NCBI GenBank assembly: GCA_024704765.1
Contig: JAKMXF010000332.1
Coordinates: 218,619 to 282,618, forward strand
Source of the DNA: Oopsacas minuta
Taxonomy: Eukaryota; Animalia; Porifera
Reading direction: 5' to 3'
DNA length: 64,000 bases
The position numbers and the translations under genes were made by a program. The notes beneath the pieces are model-generated. The model saw only the letters and a list, made by a program, of their open reading frames with translations, was not told the origin of the DNA and searched no databases. This document shows, piece after piece, positions 47,863-61,621 of the stretch; the stretch's first letter is position 1; each line of letters begins with the position of its first letter.

Positions 47863-49882
47863 AGTACATATCAAAAAATTCGGATTCACCGTATTTAGTT
47901 ATCCTTTGTAGCCGTTTACACAAGCCTGCACGTATATTTGGAGATTTGGGTTGTTTATTTACTTTATATTCATTACAACAACAATAAATTTACAAATGCT
48001 TGATCCCAATGTGTGAAATCCTGATTCAACATGTTCGATATATTATGTTTTGTTGAATCCTGTTTACTTCCTTAATGGACACATTTATAGTTATGGAAAA
48101 TTGCATTCTGTAAATTCGTTCCTTTTCAACAAACAAACAGACAAACAGACAAACAGATAGGCAACAATTGAGATTTAGTATAATAAGATTACTATTGATA
48201 TTTGTCATTGGAGCTGTACTCATTGATATAATTAATTTTAAAATATATGGCAATATCGGCGTTCCGCCTCTAGTTTTCTTAGTTTTTGACACTAGGATAC
48301 TGTCTGTATTTTATTTGAATATAACTCATCAAATTTTTGGCAACCTACTCGGATTTAGGTCGAAAATTCAAAATCTGCTATTAAATTTAGTTTCTAAATT
48401 GCAAAATGGTTGAATTTTAATTGACGGTTTTGCGGTTTTTTATTCAATAATGATTTTCGAATAATTTCACTATAAGTGTAACTTTTGATTTGAATTCCGC
48501 AGTAATTTTCCACAAACTGAGAGGGCGAAACTCTTTCAGTTTGAAAACGAGTACTACATGGCGGCATCACTTTACTGTGGCAACGCAGCAGAATATGGCC
48601 CAAAAATTTCCAAATGCCTGTATCATGACACAACAATATTCAGAGTTATTCTACTATACCCTATTGCTGGTGAATTTTTACTTTCGTAACGAATAGGAAC
48701 ACAATAATTATTTTACCATTTCCTTTTACCCAATTCCCTCACCAAAAACGAGATTTTAGCACTTTTTTGACGTCATAAATTCACGGATTTTCGCAGCGGT
48801 GTTCGTTTCAAATACAGCACTCTAAGAATTCTGCACCCAAAATAGTTCTCCCTCGGGCAACCGCCCTCCCACTTTGTACCCCCATTGTCCTCATGTCTTC
48901 TATTAGTTCTGTAAATTGTAATCTAACCCAATGATGGAAAGTTTATCAAATATATATTTCAAGATTGCTGAGTTGAATTTTGCGTTAACTTCACACTCGT
49001 GAACGTACTGGGTAACCACTCAAATCTTATAGGCCAATATATTTATCATCAATTTTCTAGAATTTTTGAGATTTCTCCTACATATTTGATATCCTGCCAA
49101 CATATATCATATTCTGCACTCATGACAAATTTTAGGTGTGTATCTCATATCAGTTCCTCATTCCACGTTGGGCAATTTCCAATGTTTTATCATAGAATAG
49201 GACAGTTTGTCAGCTATTGTCAAAGATTACATATAAACTAGCGCACTTCACTTGCTAGGTGGCTACGCGACAGCTTAGTGCACAGAGTTAGCGTTAGTAT
49301 TAAAAGGATATATTTCTCAGGGATTTTGCTCGCTATGCGACAGAATATAATCAACACTCGTTCCTCGAGTCACGGAATAGTTAAAATTTGATATTATATT
49401 ACCCATGGTCCATCCATAATTCATTGAATAGCCTTCTGTGGTGACACTGGAGATGCAATGTTGCTTTTGGTTAGTAATCTCGGCACTGCGTGCCTCGCGT
49501 ATCAAGAAATTCTAAAATTTTTGGAAATTTAGAAAATTTGGATATCTGTTTTACATTCATGATGACTTAAATAATCTCTTGATGAGTTAGCTTTTGGTCA
49601 GAATCATGACATCTGTACATTTGTCACATTGAAAGGTACCCATGATTCAAATTTCAACCCTATATCATTTGTATAGACGGAGCATTATTTAATAATTTAA
49701 TTTTTCGAGAATTCAAATGGTTACAATTAAGTCATGAATCATCATAGGTCAGAATTTTAGTCTGAGACTCTAACTGGCCCGAACCAGGCCCAAGATACCC
49801 CTGCATGCCATAATTAGAACTTCTGGTCCTCCAGTTTATTAAACCAAATCTGATATACAAAATATATATATTTATACGTATA

Positions 49883-51231
49883 CAAGGTGTAACGAAAGTG
49901 TTGATACCTTGTATTTTCCCCTGAAAATCTTTAATATTAATGAACCATACATAGTTTGTTTACTATACTTTTCTAAAATATAGTTATAGTACTTTAGATA
50001 ATTTCTGACTACATTAATTACTTATTGTATTCTAATATTTGTATTTTTTTTCCAATTTTAGGAGTGTTACATTATTTTGTATTAATTGATGTCCATGATC
50101 ATGGAATCTTGCTTCGTTCTCGAGCTATAGGCATGCTAGATGCAGGGCTCACACAGAAGAAAGTGGCCCAAGACTTGAATATTTCAATCTCTTCGGCGAA
50201 ACGATGGTCTATTTTGTATATAAAAGGTAGTTCATTAGTGACTAAACCTCGTTCAGGGAAACCTCCTATTTTGAAACCGGCGGATAATATTGTTATTTCC
50301 AAGTCACTCGGTAAATGCAGGCAATCCACAAGAAAACTTGCACAGAAATTGAAGAATAGAGGCAATCCTGTATCTCATGTGTGTGTGTATCGTCATTTGA
50401 CCGAATTTGTGGATGTTGGGTCTTTCAAAAGGCAAGAAATACCTCGATTATCTCAAAAGAACATCCAAGATCGTCTGAGCTTTGCTCGGAAGCATCAAAA
50501 TTGGACAGTTAACGACTGGAAAAAGTTCTCTGGTCACACGAGTCTCCTTTCCAGCTCTTTGCAACGCCATACAAACAAAATAATCGGGTTTGGGCAAAGA
50601 ATAAGCAATATGTTTCTTCGGTATTTTCAGTTAAGTTTCCAGAAAGGATTCATGTGTGGGGCATGATGTCACATCAAGGCACTTTCAGAACTGCATATAA
50701 TTCCGCAAGGTCAATCAATAAATAGTGCCTGCTACATTAATCAAATTTTGGCCAAGACTTGTATGGAGGCAGTTAACCGTTGTCGATATAATGGATCGGT
50801 TTTGGAGCGGTCAATGATAGAAAAGATGTCCGAATTCATCATTATACAAGATGGTGCACCGGCAGACACGGCTAATACAACGCAGAAGTGGTGTCAAGAT
50901 CATTAGATGCTTTCTGGCGTAAAATTGAATGGCCTGGGGACTCCCCTGACTTACACCATTTTGAAAACCTTTTGGGAATAGTGAAAGAGAAGGTTAATGA
51001 AGAGGGCCAAATCACAAGGAGGGACACAGCTAATAGAAACAGTAAAATTAGCATGGAGAGACATTAATCGCAGTATTTCAGAGAATATAGTAGCTAGCAT
51101 GCCGGAACGTATAAGAATTGCATTAGAACAAAATGATTCATATATAAACCGATGCTCTTTCAAATCTCTCAAATATCTTATAAGTTTTAATGAATTATCA
51201 ATGGTATCAATTCTTACGTTACTACACCCTG
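49883..51231 (+). mobile_element. Degenerate Tc1-like DD37E-family element
   Basis: Imperfect TIRs CAAGGTGTAACGAAAG..TTGATACC and GGTATCAA..CGTTACTACACCCTG, flanked by TA. Fragments include RSRAIGML, QDGAPA and WPGDSPDL. Confidence 0.85.
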
Positions 51232-51364
51232 TACATACTAACAAATGCAAACATCGTGTACTACTCTGAATACTAAAAAATCTTTTCAAAAGTTGATACA
51301 ACAAGTCCCCATGCATGAAACCAACAGTTTTCACCAATATCTTGTACTAGTACACAAGTTCACT

Positions 51365-54007
51365 GGTCGCTCAGATTTAAATATCGATAAAAAAAAACTA
51401 CAATTTGTTCAAAACCTAGCTGAAGTGATAGAGTAGCATGTCTATTTCCCGAATATTCATTATTTAAAATTATTCGTACGCAAAAACAAAAATTTAGCTA
51501 ATTGTATTTTTTAATTTCTTACATCTTCCATTTTGCGGTACTTGCTCTTTGAATTCAATTCATGTTAATTTGCAGTGTTAAATATACACATGAATTGTAA
51601 GGATATTATCCTTACTTGTAGTGTCTTCACACTTGAATACATGTCGCTTAGTTTGGCATCCCTATTCAACTGCAAATACCATAAATATCGAATATTAGAA
51701 ACTAAAATCTATATTTGGAAGATAGAATCCTTTGGAACAATTTTTAGTGACAAACAAATGAAAGCGCGACAGAAGGTATGTCGAAATTGTTGTGTTAAAG
51801 TAGGGCAATGGGGTAAATTTAACTCCAAAGTTACTAAAGATGTATGCACAGTATTTATCAAACAACGTTGACGATCTTAGCTGCATGTTACCGACAGTTC
51901 TCTGTAAGACTTGTGCAATTTGGCTTGAGAAACCGGACAAGAATCTGAGTGCTGGAATATTCCGAAACCTTTTTCTTGGACACTGTCAATAAAGAACACC
52001 AGACCAAGCTCTTGTTTTGTTGATTCTCCTTGTGCTATGTGTCAAGAAGCGTATCGATTTGGACCAAAGAAACATGAACCTCAGCAAATTCGACATAAAT
52101 CTGTTGGTAGACCGGTAGAAAATTCTCCTCAACAAGTTGTAGAGTTGTGCAGTAAATGTTTTCTGAAAGGTAGGACGAGGTATTCGCCATGAATGTTCTT
52201 CTTCTAATGCTGTTACCAACACCAGACACTGCTTAGGTAAAGGAAAATTATTAGATAAATTTGTAGATGATATCGTTAAGTGTTTGGATGTAAGTGATGA
52301 TTTATACCTCGAACTACCACGTATTTCAGGAGGGCACCCGGGTTATCTTCAGATAGTTCTTCTTTGAATAAGTCTGCTTCAAGTAGTGTACTGTCTGTCA
52401 GTCTAGAACTCTCAGATATGTTACAAATACAGACTAAAGGAATTCTAAGTAATAACGGTCTTAAGTTAGTTATAAGTATATTAAGAGGTAAATTAATTGG
52501 CACCCCAGGCCGGGATGAAATTATTTTACACTGGTCGATATTAAATTATTGGTTAATTCTTTGAAGTTTGCCAGTTAGAGCTGAACCGATCTCAGAAGAA
52601 GGGATATAGTGATATTTGCCCTGTCTGGACAGTATTCTGTTGTGATGTTCCTAGCCTTCTTAGTAAAAGATTTTCTCATTCAGATGGGATTAATATCTAG
52701 AGATTACATTATAAATTAGGGCTGGACATTGGACAAGGATTTTTGAAAGTGACAATTCAACCAGAATTATCCAATAGCGTAAGCTATCTGGCTATAATTT
52801 GCCTGAGCTCTGTACCAGCAAATTATCACAACCTCAAGTCAATATTTTCCACTCATGAAATCAGACGTTTAATCCTAGACTTCAATGTTAGCCTAACGAT
52901 TGATATAAAAGCTGTACTAATAGCTTTTGGTATCATACATGGCAGACATCTCTGTCCCTGGTGTACCTGGGCGAAAGGGATAATCTTGACGATTTTTGGG
53001 AAATGGGAGCTAAGAGGGTCAACACAGCATGCTGAATTCTACCTATTGAAAACATGGCTTGTCTTAATCTCCCAGAGCTACATTTGCTGCTTGGAGTAGT
53101 AGGCCAGAGACTTTATGATGTATTTATAGAGTCCATGTCAGAAGACGAAATACAGACCATCAGGATACTTTGAAGAGATATAACGTCAAGAAAAGTCAAT
53201 ACCATGGTGGATGCTTTGAAGGGAATTCAATGAGATTATTACTGAAAAATCATGGAGATTTGTTTCTAAATAAGAATTCTAATGCCTACATAGCATTCAG
53301 AAGATTTGGCTCCGTGGTATCTTCTTGTTTTGGGATATCCAGATGTACTCCCGAGTTTCACGAAAGGATCTTTGAATTTGAAGAAGCATACAAAATGTGT
53401 GCATTTCTTGTGCAACTAAAGTACATATAGTATGTCGCCATTTGGTTCCTTTTCTGCTAAAATATTTATCTACAGATAACGGATTGGCTGTAGTATAAGA
53501 ACAGGCATGGGAATCTAGTCACCATCATTTTAACAATGTGTGGAGAAGATACAAATTTGGTGAGGATACAGAGGTTATGGTGAAGGGTTATTTAACGCAG
53601 TATGCGATTTTAATTTTATATCTCTTGCTACTGATAATGCAGCAGATGTTTGGAGGTATTACAAGATGAAAACGAGATCGAGTGCAATTGATAAGTTAAA
53701 TGACAAGTATGATTCTATTACAACCAGTGTGAATTAATAGTTTTCCAATATTTTTGTTTTAGTTTATATGAAAATAGTCATTAGAGATATTTGACACTAT
53801 TAATTAGCATGTATTGAATTCAAAGAGTAAATACCACAAATAGAAGGTGTTAGAAATTAGGTGAAAATACAATTGGGCTAATGTTTTGTTTTTGGTACAA
53901 ATAATTTTAAATAATGGATATTTAGAAAGTAGACATAGCTACTCCATCACTCCAGCTAGGTTTGACAAACTGTATTTTTTGATCGATATTTGAATCTGAG
54001 CGACTCG
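51365..54007 (+). mobile_element. Chapaev-type (CMC) transposon remnant with ~220-bp imperfect inverted repeats
   Basis: 51365-51585 is the reverse complement of about 53790-54007. Fragments include ARQKVCRNC..LPTVLCKTC (Chapa-like zinc motif), LGLDIGQGFLK, DIKAVL..HLCPWC and YHGGCFEGN. The outer termini are not resolved. Confidence 0.68.
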
Positions 54008-54165
54008 TCCCTTTGCTCTAACTGATATATCTCTTACACTTAGCCCTTATTTTGGCGATATTTTCATTTCATCGATGAAATGGACCCTGTATCTCAACAA
54101 GGAAAAGATATATTGTATTTACTTAACCTGCATAGGACTCAGCTATGGAACACTCCTGTAAGCAA

Positions 54166-54760
54166 CTCTGGGGTCATTTTTGACCCAATGAAAAATGTAC
54201 ATGCTGGACTCTTGGGCCATTTTTGACCCCAATAAAAAATGTACACGCTGAACTCTGGGTCATTTATGACCCCAATGAAAATGTACACGCTGAACTCTGG
54301 GGTCATTTGTGACCCCAATGAAGAATGTACATGCTGAACTCTGGGGTCATTCGTGACCCCAATGAATAATGTACATGCTGAACTCTGGGGTCATTTGTGA
54401 CCCCAATGAATAATGTACACGCTGAACTCTGGGGTCATTTGTGACCCCAATGAATAATGTACATGCTGAACTCTGGGGTCATTTGTGACCCCAATGAATA
54501 ATGTACATGCTGAACTCTGGGGTCATTCGTGACCCCAATGAAGAATGTACATGCTGAACTCTGGGGTCATTCGTGACCCCAATGAAGAATGTACATGCTG
54601 AACTCTGGGGTCATTCGTGACCCCAATGAATAATGTACATGCTGAACTCTGGGGTCATTTGTGACCCCAATGAATAATGTACACGCTGGACTCTGGGGTC
54701 ATTTGTGACCCCAATGAAATTGTACACGCCGAACTCTGGGGTCATTTGTTACCCCATTGA
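54166..54760. repeat. Minisatellite: 14 copies of a 44-bp unit containing the palindrome GGGGTCA-N4-TGACCCC
   Basis: Unit CTCTGGGGTCATTTGTGACCCCAATGAATAATGTACATGCTGAA starts at 54166, 54209, 54253, 54295, 54339 and then every 44 bp to 54691, with the last copy at 54734. Confidence 0.97.
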
Positions 54761-55713
54761 CAAAGTAAATGTGTGACTCTAGTCCCAACTAGTTATTTTC
54801 GAGCACAAGTTGTTCGATCTGGCCACAACTGATTGTATTCATCTCATTTTCAAAAGATTGTTAATGTGATCAGATTTATATATCATTGATCTACTGATAA
54901 AATCAAACTCAATCGAAATAATTCAAAAGATTTGAGTGGCCAATGTCAAGCTTATCGCTGTGTTTCTATGTCAATAATGGACTTAAGACTCTTGGCTCAG
55001 AATCCATTATTGATTTTGGTAAAAAACAATATGTAGAACCTACCTATGTGAGTTTGTTAACTTCAATTTAAGACACTTTTATTCTTCAGTAATTGAACTA
55101 AATTTCACATAATTAGATTCATTTGGGTCCTGCCGGTAGGCGTTGGGTTATGCAGGCTATGGCCCTACAAATAATTATTCCACTTCCATAGACTAATAGG
55201 AAGGTGTGCCGATGTGTTTGAGATATCAAGGCCCGAACGATCTTAATTCAAGGACTTACTAAAATTTTGTTCTGAATTACAGAAAAATTAACATACACAG
55301 CGTGGCGCGTGACGAATACATAATAAGTCTGGAAGATAAAGCAAAGCTTAACAGTTGAATTCAAAAACTATCCAGCCAATAGACTGGTAGTACAACTCAG
55401 GGTTATGCATTGTTCTTTTCAGGGGGGGCAGGTCTGGGGGTACCCCCCTTATTCCCCGTATAAATGCTGCAATGCACCAGACCCGAATGATTTTGGGCTC
55501 CTGGATCTGATAAATATTTCAAGAATTCGATATTATTCGTCCACCAATGTACTCATGTTCTACAGCTTCTACTATATAGATTTAGTAATCGTCTAGCATG
55601 CTAGAAGCAACTTATACCTATTTTACACCCACTCTATGTTGTTTCAGGTTATTTCATATTTCTTGTGGACCCAGAGTTTGTCTTGTACTAGTTATAAATG
55701 CGCCATCGATGTG

Positions 55714-55840
55714 GAGTTGATTTGGGACGAGTTGATTAGGGGCGAGTTGATTAGGGACGAGTTGATATTAGGGACGAGTTGATGTATGACCGAAATAATA
55801 GGTACGAATTGACTAAAATAATAGGTACGAGTTGACCATG
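55714..55840. repeat. Array of (A)GGGACGAGTTGA(TT)/GGTACGAGTTGAC motifs, probably a transposon subterminal array
   Basis: About seven copies with roughly 15-23-bp spacing. Confidence 0.7.
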
Positions 55841-55884
55841 ATAACAGACGACTAGAGCCTAAAATTTGCACGAGTTCACAAAAT

Positions 55885-56030
55885 TTTTAGAGTGGAGTTG
55901 ACTGGCTCAAGAAATACCACTCATGGAAAAATTAGCGAAAGTTTTCTTGGTACCTCCAGCTTCAATGTCAGACGTGGAATGATTATTCAGCGTCGCTTGG
56001 TACTAGTTGAAGAAGCACGAATTGATTGGC
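55885..56030 (+). pseudogene. hAT dimerisation-domain remnant
   Basis: LEW..AQEIPLMEKLAKVFLVPPASMSDVE*LFSVA. Confidence 0.6.
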
Positions 56031-57420
56031 AATCGTAGTTTGATAGTATTCTTCTCCCACCATGAATTGGATCTACTTCTAATAATCAGTCCAGATTACG
56101 TGCCTCAGCTTTGAAAAATGTGATTTCCATCTCAATTACGTCAGTGGAGGGAAGGTGATTAATCTGATTTGCGTAAGACCTAACTGTGAATAACGGCTTC
56201 CTTCGTTTCAATGACTGTTCTTCTTTTATTGTCGATTCTTGTACAGGGTGTGTATTCTTGATTTCGAATGCCTTTCTCTCCAAGTCAAGTACAATGTTCA
56301 TTATAGATTTTAGATCATTTAGATATTCAATATTCTCCAGGGCTTGTGTTCCAAATCGAGGGTCGGAACATGTACTGATCAAATAAAATTTATCCAATTT
56401 TATAGCCTGAAACGCTTTTTGAGAGTATTGCATAGTACAGTGGACAGAGAATTATTATTCACAGATTTAGTAGAAATTTCATCTAGCTCTTTATATACAA
56501 TATCAAGAGCGGGTGCAGGCAATACCATCCCACTGGCTCCATAACTGGCTTGTATTCGTTGGTAAATAATGCAAAGGGTTGAAGGGTTTTGCATAATTCC
56601 CGCAGGACATTCATCTCGTATTTGTAGGAGGTTCATATGAAGTTTGGGGAGTTCAGTAAATAGGTTGGAACATTTTTAAGAAAAACCTTAGCCCATTTGT
56701 TGAGCATTTTGCACTATTGACAAACTTCTGTGTTTTTCCACAATAATGTTAATTCTTCCCCGATGACCCAAATTTGTGTTCAAAATCTTTTACAGCTAAT
56801 TAACCTGTGTGGTATAAACACGGGGACCAAAATTGAAGAAACCCCCTAAGTAGGCGAGTGAGTAGAGAGTCAGAGAAGAATCTGACAATCCTAGAGACAC
56901 AAGATCGACAGTATGCAGCATCTGTTTGGAGTGTTGATTCGGTTTCAACAACATCTATGTCATCGCAATCATTAAATTCATGTTCTGATGATTCAATCTC
57001 ATCAAATTCTAATTCTTGACCATATTTGCACTATTATCACTACCAACTCGTGCAAGGCATTTCCTCCGATATAACAAATCACCAAACTCATCATTCAACC
57101 CTGCCATCTGGTCTTTGAAATTGAGAGTCTTTCCTTCTAAATTGTCTATTGAATCAAATTTCCTCTAACTTGTTCGAAATTCGCTTGTTCAGCTCTCTCC
57201 ATGCATCATGCTTTCCCCCACACTCTTTGTATTTTATCGTAGAAAAGTGTCGAAGTAGGTTTGTTAATGCAGTGGGTAATGCCATACCTAATACACTTAT
57301 GCCGTGTATTGTCTGACCCTTCGATGGACTGAAAAAACCGCGCGTACAATATAGCACGAGTCTCCCTATGTTGGATTTAGGGAGCATTTGATACTTCAAC
57401 ACATATTAGATCCTCACAAT
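56030..57420 (-). pseudogene. hAT (zBED-type) transposase remnant
   Basis: BED-like TNLLRHF (57154-57402), VLPAPAL..LKKRF, YLISTCSDPRF and EVDPI/WWEKN. Confidence 0.6.
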
Positions 57421-58199
57421 AATCGACAAGAAATACTTGACTATGTAAAATATCAGGTTCCATAATATTATCAGGCTCCATAAATCGAGAAATTTTGATG
57501 GATAAAAATCAAATCCTCATATAAATAGCGTGGGTAAAACAGAGGCGTGGCCAAGGTGATGCGCTGTGGTTGGAATCATCTGAACTTGTTCGGACTTCGT
57601 TAAGCTGAAAATGGTAAAGTGGTACTGGATATTTAAATATTTTGATCTCTGAATGGTTTCAGACAGTATTGTTTTGATTTGAGACAATTTATGATAGAAC
57701 TAATGACTTTCTACTTTTTAGATTCCCTAACAAAAAATATATATATTGAGTAATACACTTCGGTCTCCACAACTTATCACACGACTGTAATCAAAGACCG
57801 TGCTACGCCACTGCTAAGATAACGAAAACATCGATTTAGTAAGGTCTTGAGCCTCGACACATTGGGCCATCCGATTAAGTATCAATGTAGGTACATTGAT
57901 ACTAATCGGCAAATCATCTTTTCACTCGACATATGAATAAATCAGATAATGATTATTAACAGTGCTACTGGAAAAGACGTCCCATTGAGGAAAGAAAAGT
58001 ACCGTAGGATACGCTTTATCCTAATAGAAATCGCATTAATTTAAGTAGAACTTGGATAAAAGGTACTATATCCTTAAAAATAAAAATTCATCCCCATTCA
58101 TTTAATGTTATTATGTGTATTCTTTTCAGGGGCCAGAGACCAGACCCCAACTGATTTGGGCTCCAGGCTGGATCTGAGAAATATGTGAAAATATGATTC

Positions 58200-58630
58200 A
58201 CCACACGATTAATCACTGAGTAAAAGTTTTGAAAATGTCAAAATTGGAATCTACATACTCTCGATTACTCATTATTAGCAGTTGAAACGAAAGATATAAC
58301 ATGATTTGAAATATATGCAACAAGGTGTGATAATATGATTAATCATATGAAAAATAATATAGAAATAGATTTGAAAATGTGAAATTTGACATCTACATAA
58401 TCGATTACCCTAGGATAGGAGTTAAAACGTATTCTCTAGCATCATTTTCAATAGTATGCATAAGGTGTAAGTGTGAAAATATGATTAATCACATGATATA
58501 TCTGTGAATTTGTTACTTCGAGCTATGAAAATCATTAAATCGGACACTATACATCCAATACCCTGACAGCATGATATTCCAAATCTGTAGCATGCTTTTG
58601 AATTTTACATAGAAGTGTGAAATATTCACT
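58200..58630. repeat. About three degenerate ~150-bp tandem units
   Basis: Recurring 'gaaaatgt.aaa.ttg..atctacata..cgatta' and 'gtgtga.aatatgattaatca.atga'. Confidence 0.6.
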
Positions 58631-58947
58631 TTAGAAAATACTCATATCCGAGGTACCAATCTCAGACCCAAAATTTATATGTATACCAATTTTCATGTTA
58701 ATCGGAAGTGTAGATTTCGACTGACTGAAGGACATACGGACGTCGCACATCGTCAATGGCATTAGGGCATCTCCCTATAGGAGCTGCACTAAAAATGACG
58801 AAGTTATGCGTAAGATATGTTGATAGATCAAAGAGAATTGAACAAAATATTATAGACACTGAAATGTTTACTGTATGTATGTGGAAATATTTGAGATAAA
58901 ATGTAAGTGAAGAATACACAAAGTACTACTGAGTATGCTAAAAAATA

Positions 58948-60530
58948 TCAGGAACTAGATAATGGAGTCTTCACAGTTTGAGCAAACACAATATTTTTAG
59001 AATGTTTTGAGCAAACAAATAATCCACATATACGACAAGATGCAGTAACCTTTAAATCAACATTTTTTCGAACACATTGGTTGCATCGCCCTCTTTTACC
59101 TTTAGTTACTAGTTTCGAAATAGGTTCATTAGAATTAATTGAATCAGTGTCAGTATCAATATCAATATCACCCTGAGAGGGATTAGCTTTTGCGATAGTC
59201 TCAACTCCAAGTACATACGATTCAGATTCTGATACATCCAATATATCAGGAGATTGTTCAGAAAAATTTTCCGATATACTTCTATCGGTAGGGATACTTG
59301 AAGAAACTTGAGTAATAGCAGTCTTTATCACACTGTGATAGTACTTGAATTTTGATGAATTTTTTCGAATAACTATCAAAGGATTGACAAGTTGCTGACC
59401 AAGAATATAGAGAAATTCTTTCCGATTTTTTGTTTTTACCATCTTGGATTCTGGAAATTTTAGACAGTATAAAACCCATGCTGCATGTGTTGAAAACCCA
59501 ATTAGGTCATAAAATACGACACAAGGCCACCTGGCTGTTGCTCGATAACTTCGATACTCCTTAATTAATTGGTCCAGTTTATCAACCCCAGATTTTGATT
59601 TATTATAATCAAGAATAATTAAGGCTTTATTCTTATACTCCGATAGGGCTTTCGATGTATGCACATTAGTTAGCAAGAAAACATTTTTGTTTTTCTTTGC
59701 TATATAAGAAAGCAGAATGTGTTTATCTGTAAATAGAAATATTGAGGAATAGAGTTCCCTAGTCTTAGTAACATGTAAAGACCGTGGAATTTCAACTCTC
59801 ATTTTCTTAATAGTCCCTAAATAACCAATTTGATGTTGTTTAAGTAGTTTATTTGTGAGGCTTAAGGAAGTGAAATAGGAATCTCCAACAATGATATGTC
59901 CCGGATTTAATACACAGGCAAGCCTAAGAACTATATCCTCTGGCTTGTTACTCAAATTAGTTTTACCTATATAAATCTCTAAAATAAGTGGATAATAATT
60001 CTTGGAATCGGCAATAACCCATATTTTAATACCATAACGATCAGGTTTGCTCGGAATGTATTGCTTGAAAGAACATTTTCCGCGATAGCGAGCCAAATGC
60101 TCATCCACTGTAACCCAAGTTCCAGGTGTATAATATTCTCTGAATAAACGATTCAAACTTTCAAACACGTCACGAATAGGGGCTAACCTATCAGATTGTT
60201 TCCTCTCATCACGAGTTGATGCATCATCAAATCTTAGAAATTTAAGCATATGTTTCAACCGATCCCTGGGCATCGTTGCCTTAAAGATTGGTTTGGATTT
60301 ATTAATATCATCAGAAAATAGATCTGCAATTGATTCCTTATTAGCATGAAAAACACCAGTTAAAATCAAGAGTCCCAACAAAGCATTTAATTCCTCTGGA
60401 ATAAATGCATCAAGATATTTATGCGATTTAAGTTTGTCGCCATTTCGATCTAAATGTTCCATGAGTTTTGAGTTAGTCATTTGAAGAATAGTATCACACA
60501 ACTCTCCGGTAAAAAATAACTGAAAGAAAT
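58948..60530 (-). CDS. piggyBac transposase (517-aa open frame); 5' exon decayed and C-terminal CRD frameshifted
   Basis: Motifs VTVDEH, YIPSKPDRYGIK, VGDSYFTS, YNKSKSGVDKLDQ and C-terminal RCNQC...CRICGLFVCSKH. An acceptor-like TTTTCTTTTAG sits upstream at about 60531-60541. No TTAA-bounded TIR pair was found. Confidence 0.88.
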
Positions 60531-60673
60531 CTAAAAGAAAAGAATCAAATAAGTATATTTCATTAATTTACAGGTAATTAACCACTATACTCGAAGTAGA
60601 GATACACTGTAATGATTCCCATATCTTGTATTAATAGTAACCTAGCGGTAAGTTCCCTCCGTCCTACCCTAAC

Positions 60674-61113
60674 CTGGGCCGTCGAGAGCGCGAGCGGGCC
60701 CCCTCTGATATTTTGTTCCGTTATCGTGAAGTGAATACACCAAACGTAAACTATTGCATTCGCATTATATATATATTAAAAAATTTAAATAAAAAAAATC
60801 CTATTTACTCATATATTTTATGAATTTTGAAATAGCCTATAGCTATATAGCTATTGAGTTTATGATGTTAAGTAGTATAAATGAAAAAATAATACTACAA
60901 AGCTAATACTTCAAGAGGTATTAAAGTTAAGAACAGAAAAATACAAAAATTTACGGTCAGTGTAATTAACAGAAAGCCTTGTGTGCCTTCTATATTTTCC
61001 CCTTTACTTGTCTACTTAATGTAGCCAATAAAGCCCATGCATACCTTAACAGAGAGAATTTCTCGGGCCCCGGGGTAATTGCCTCGCCTACCCCCCCCCT
61101 CACGACAACCCTG
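60674..61113. mobile_element. hAT-type MITE inserted in the piggyBac 5' region
   Basis: Ends are CTGGGCCGTCGAGAG and CTCACGACAACCCTG. The 8-bp TSD reads ACCCTAAC / GCCCTAAC. Confidence 0.7.
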
Positions 61114-61621
61114 GCCCTAACTACATATTTTTCTTATGCAAATTCTTTGTTGATTTTTTGAATATAAAGTAAACCAATTGTTGAAATATTAAGTTATTAA
61201 TTCAATTTTGCAATTGTATACATTGCTAAATTGAAGGCACAAAGTGCCAAGTCCCATGCGAACACAAAGCGTCGGAAAGCCTCGCAGCAGAGCAAGCGAA
61301 GCACCTCGTTAGTTAGATGAAAAAATCTGGACAAATTAGTTCCGGCCGGAATCATTTCGAGCTAGAACAACAACTAACTCCAGATTTCATATTTATGAAT
61401 CCGTAAAATTCACTGAGACCCTTCGAACTCCAACTGGAACTAGTTTTGATCATATCAATTTCAAATTTTCCAACTGCCTCAAAATACTATACCACAGCCC
61501 CTACATAGAGAAAGCTATGATTATATATTCCATAAAGCTACTCTAAACAATTTATCAATTTGGATTAGAAAGATACTAAACAAATTCATTCATTGCCACG
61601 TAAAATATCAAATAACACATA

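Noticed and set aside
49238-49280. Helitron 3' end (CTAGT plus hairpin); a similar motif lies near 61285-61315
   Set aside because: The hairpins are weak and no matching 5' TC end or Rep/helicase sequence was found.
54166-54760. CRISPR-like array
   Set aside because: The whole 44-bp unit repeats with no unique spacers, there are no cas genes, and the context is eukaryotic.
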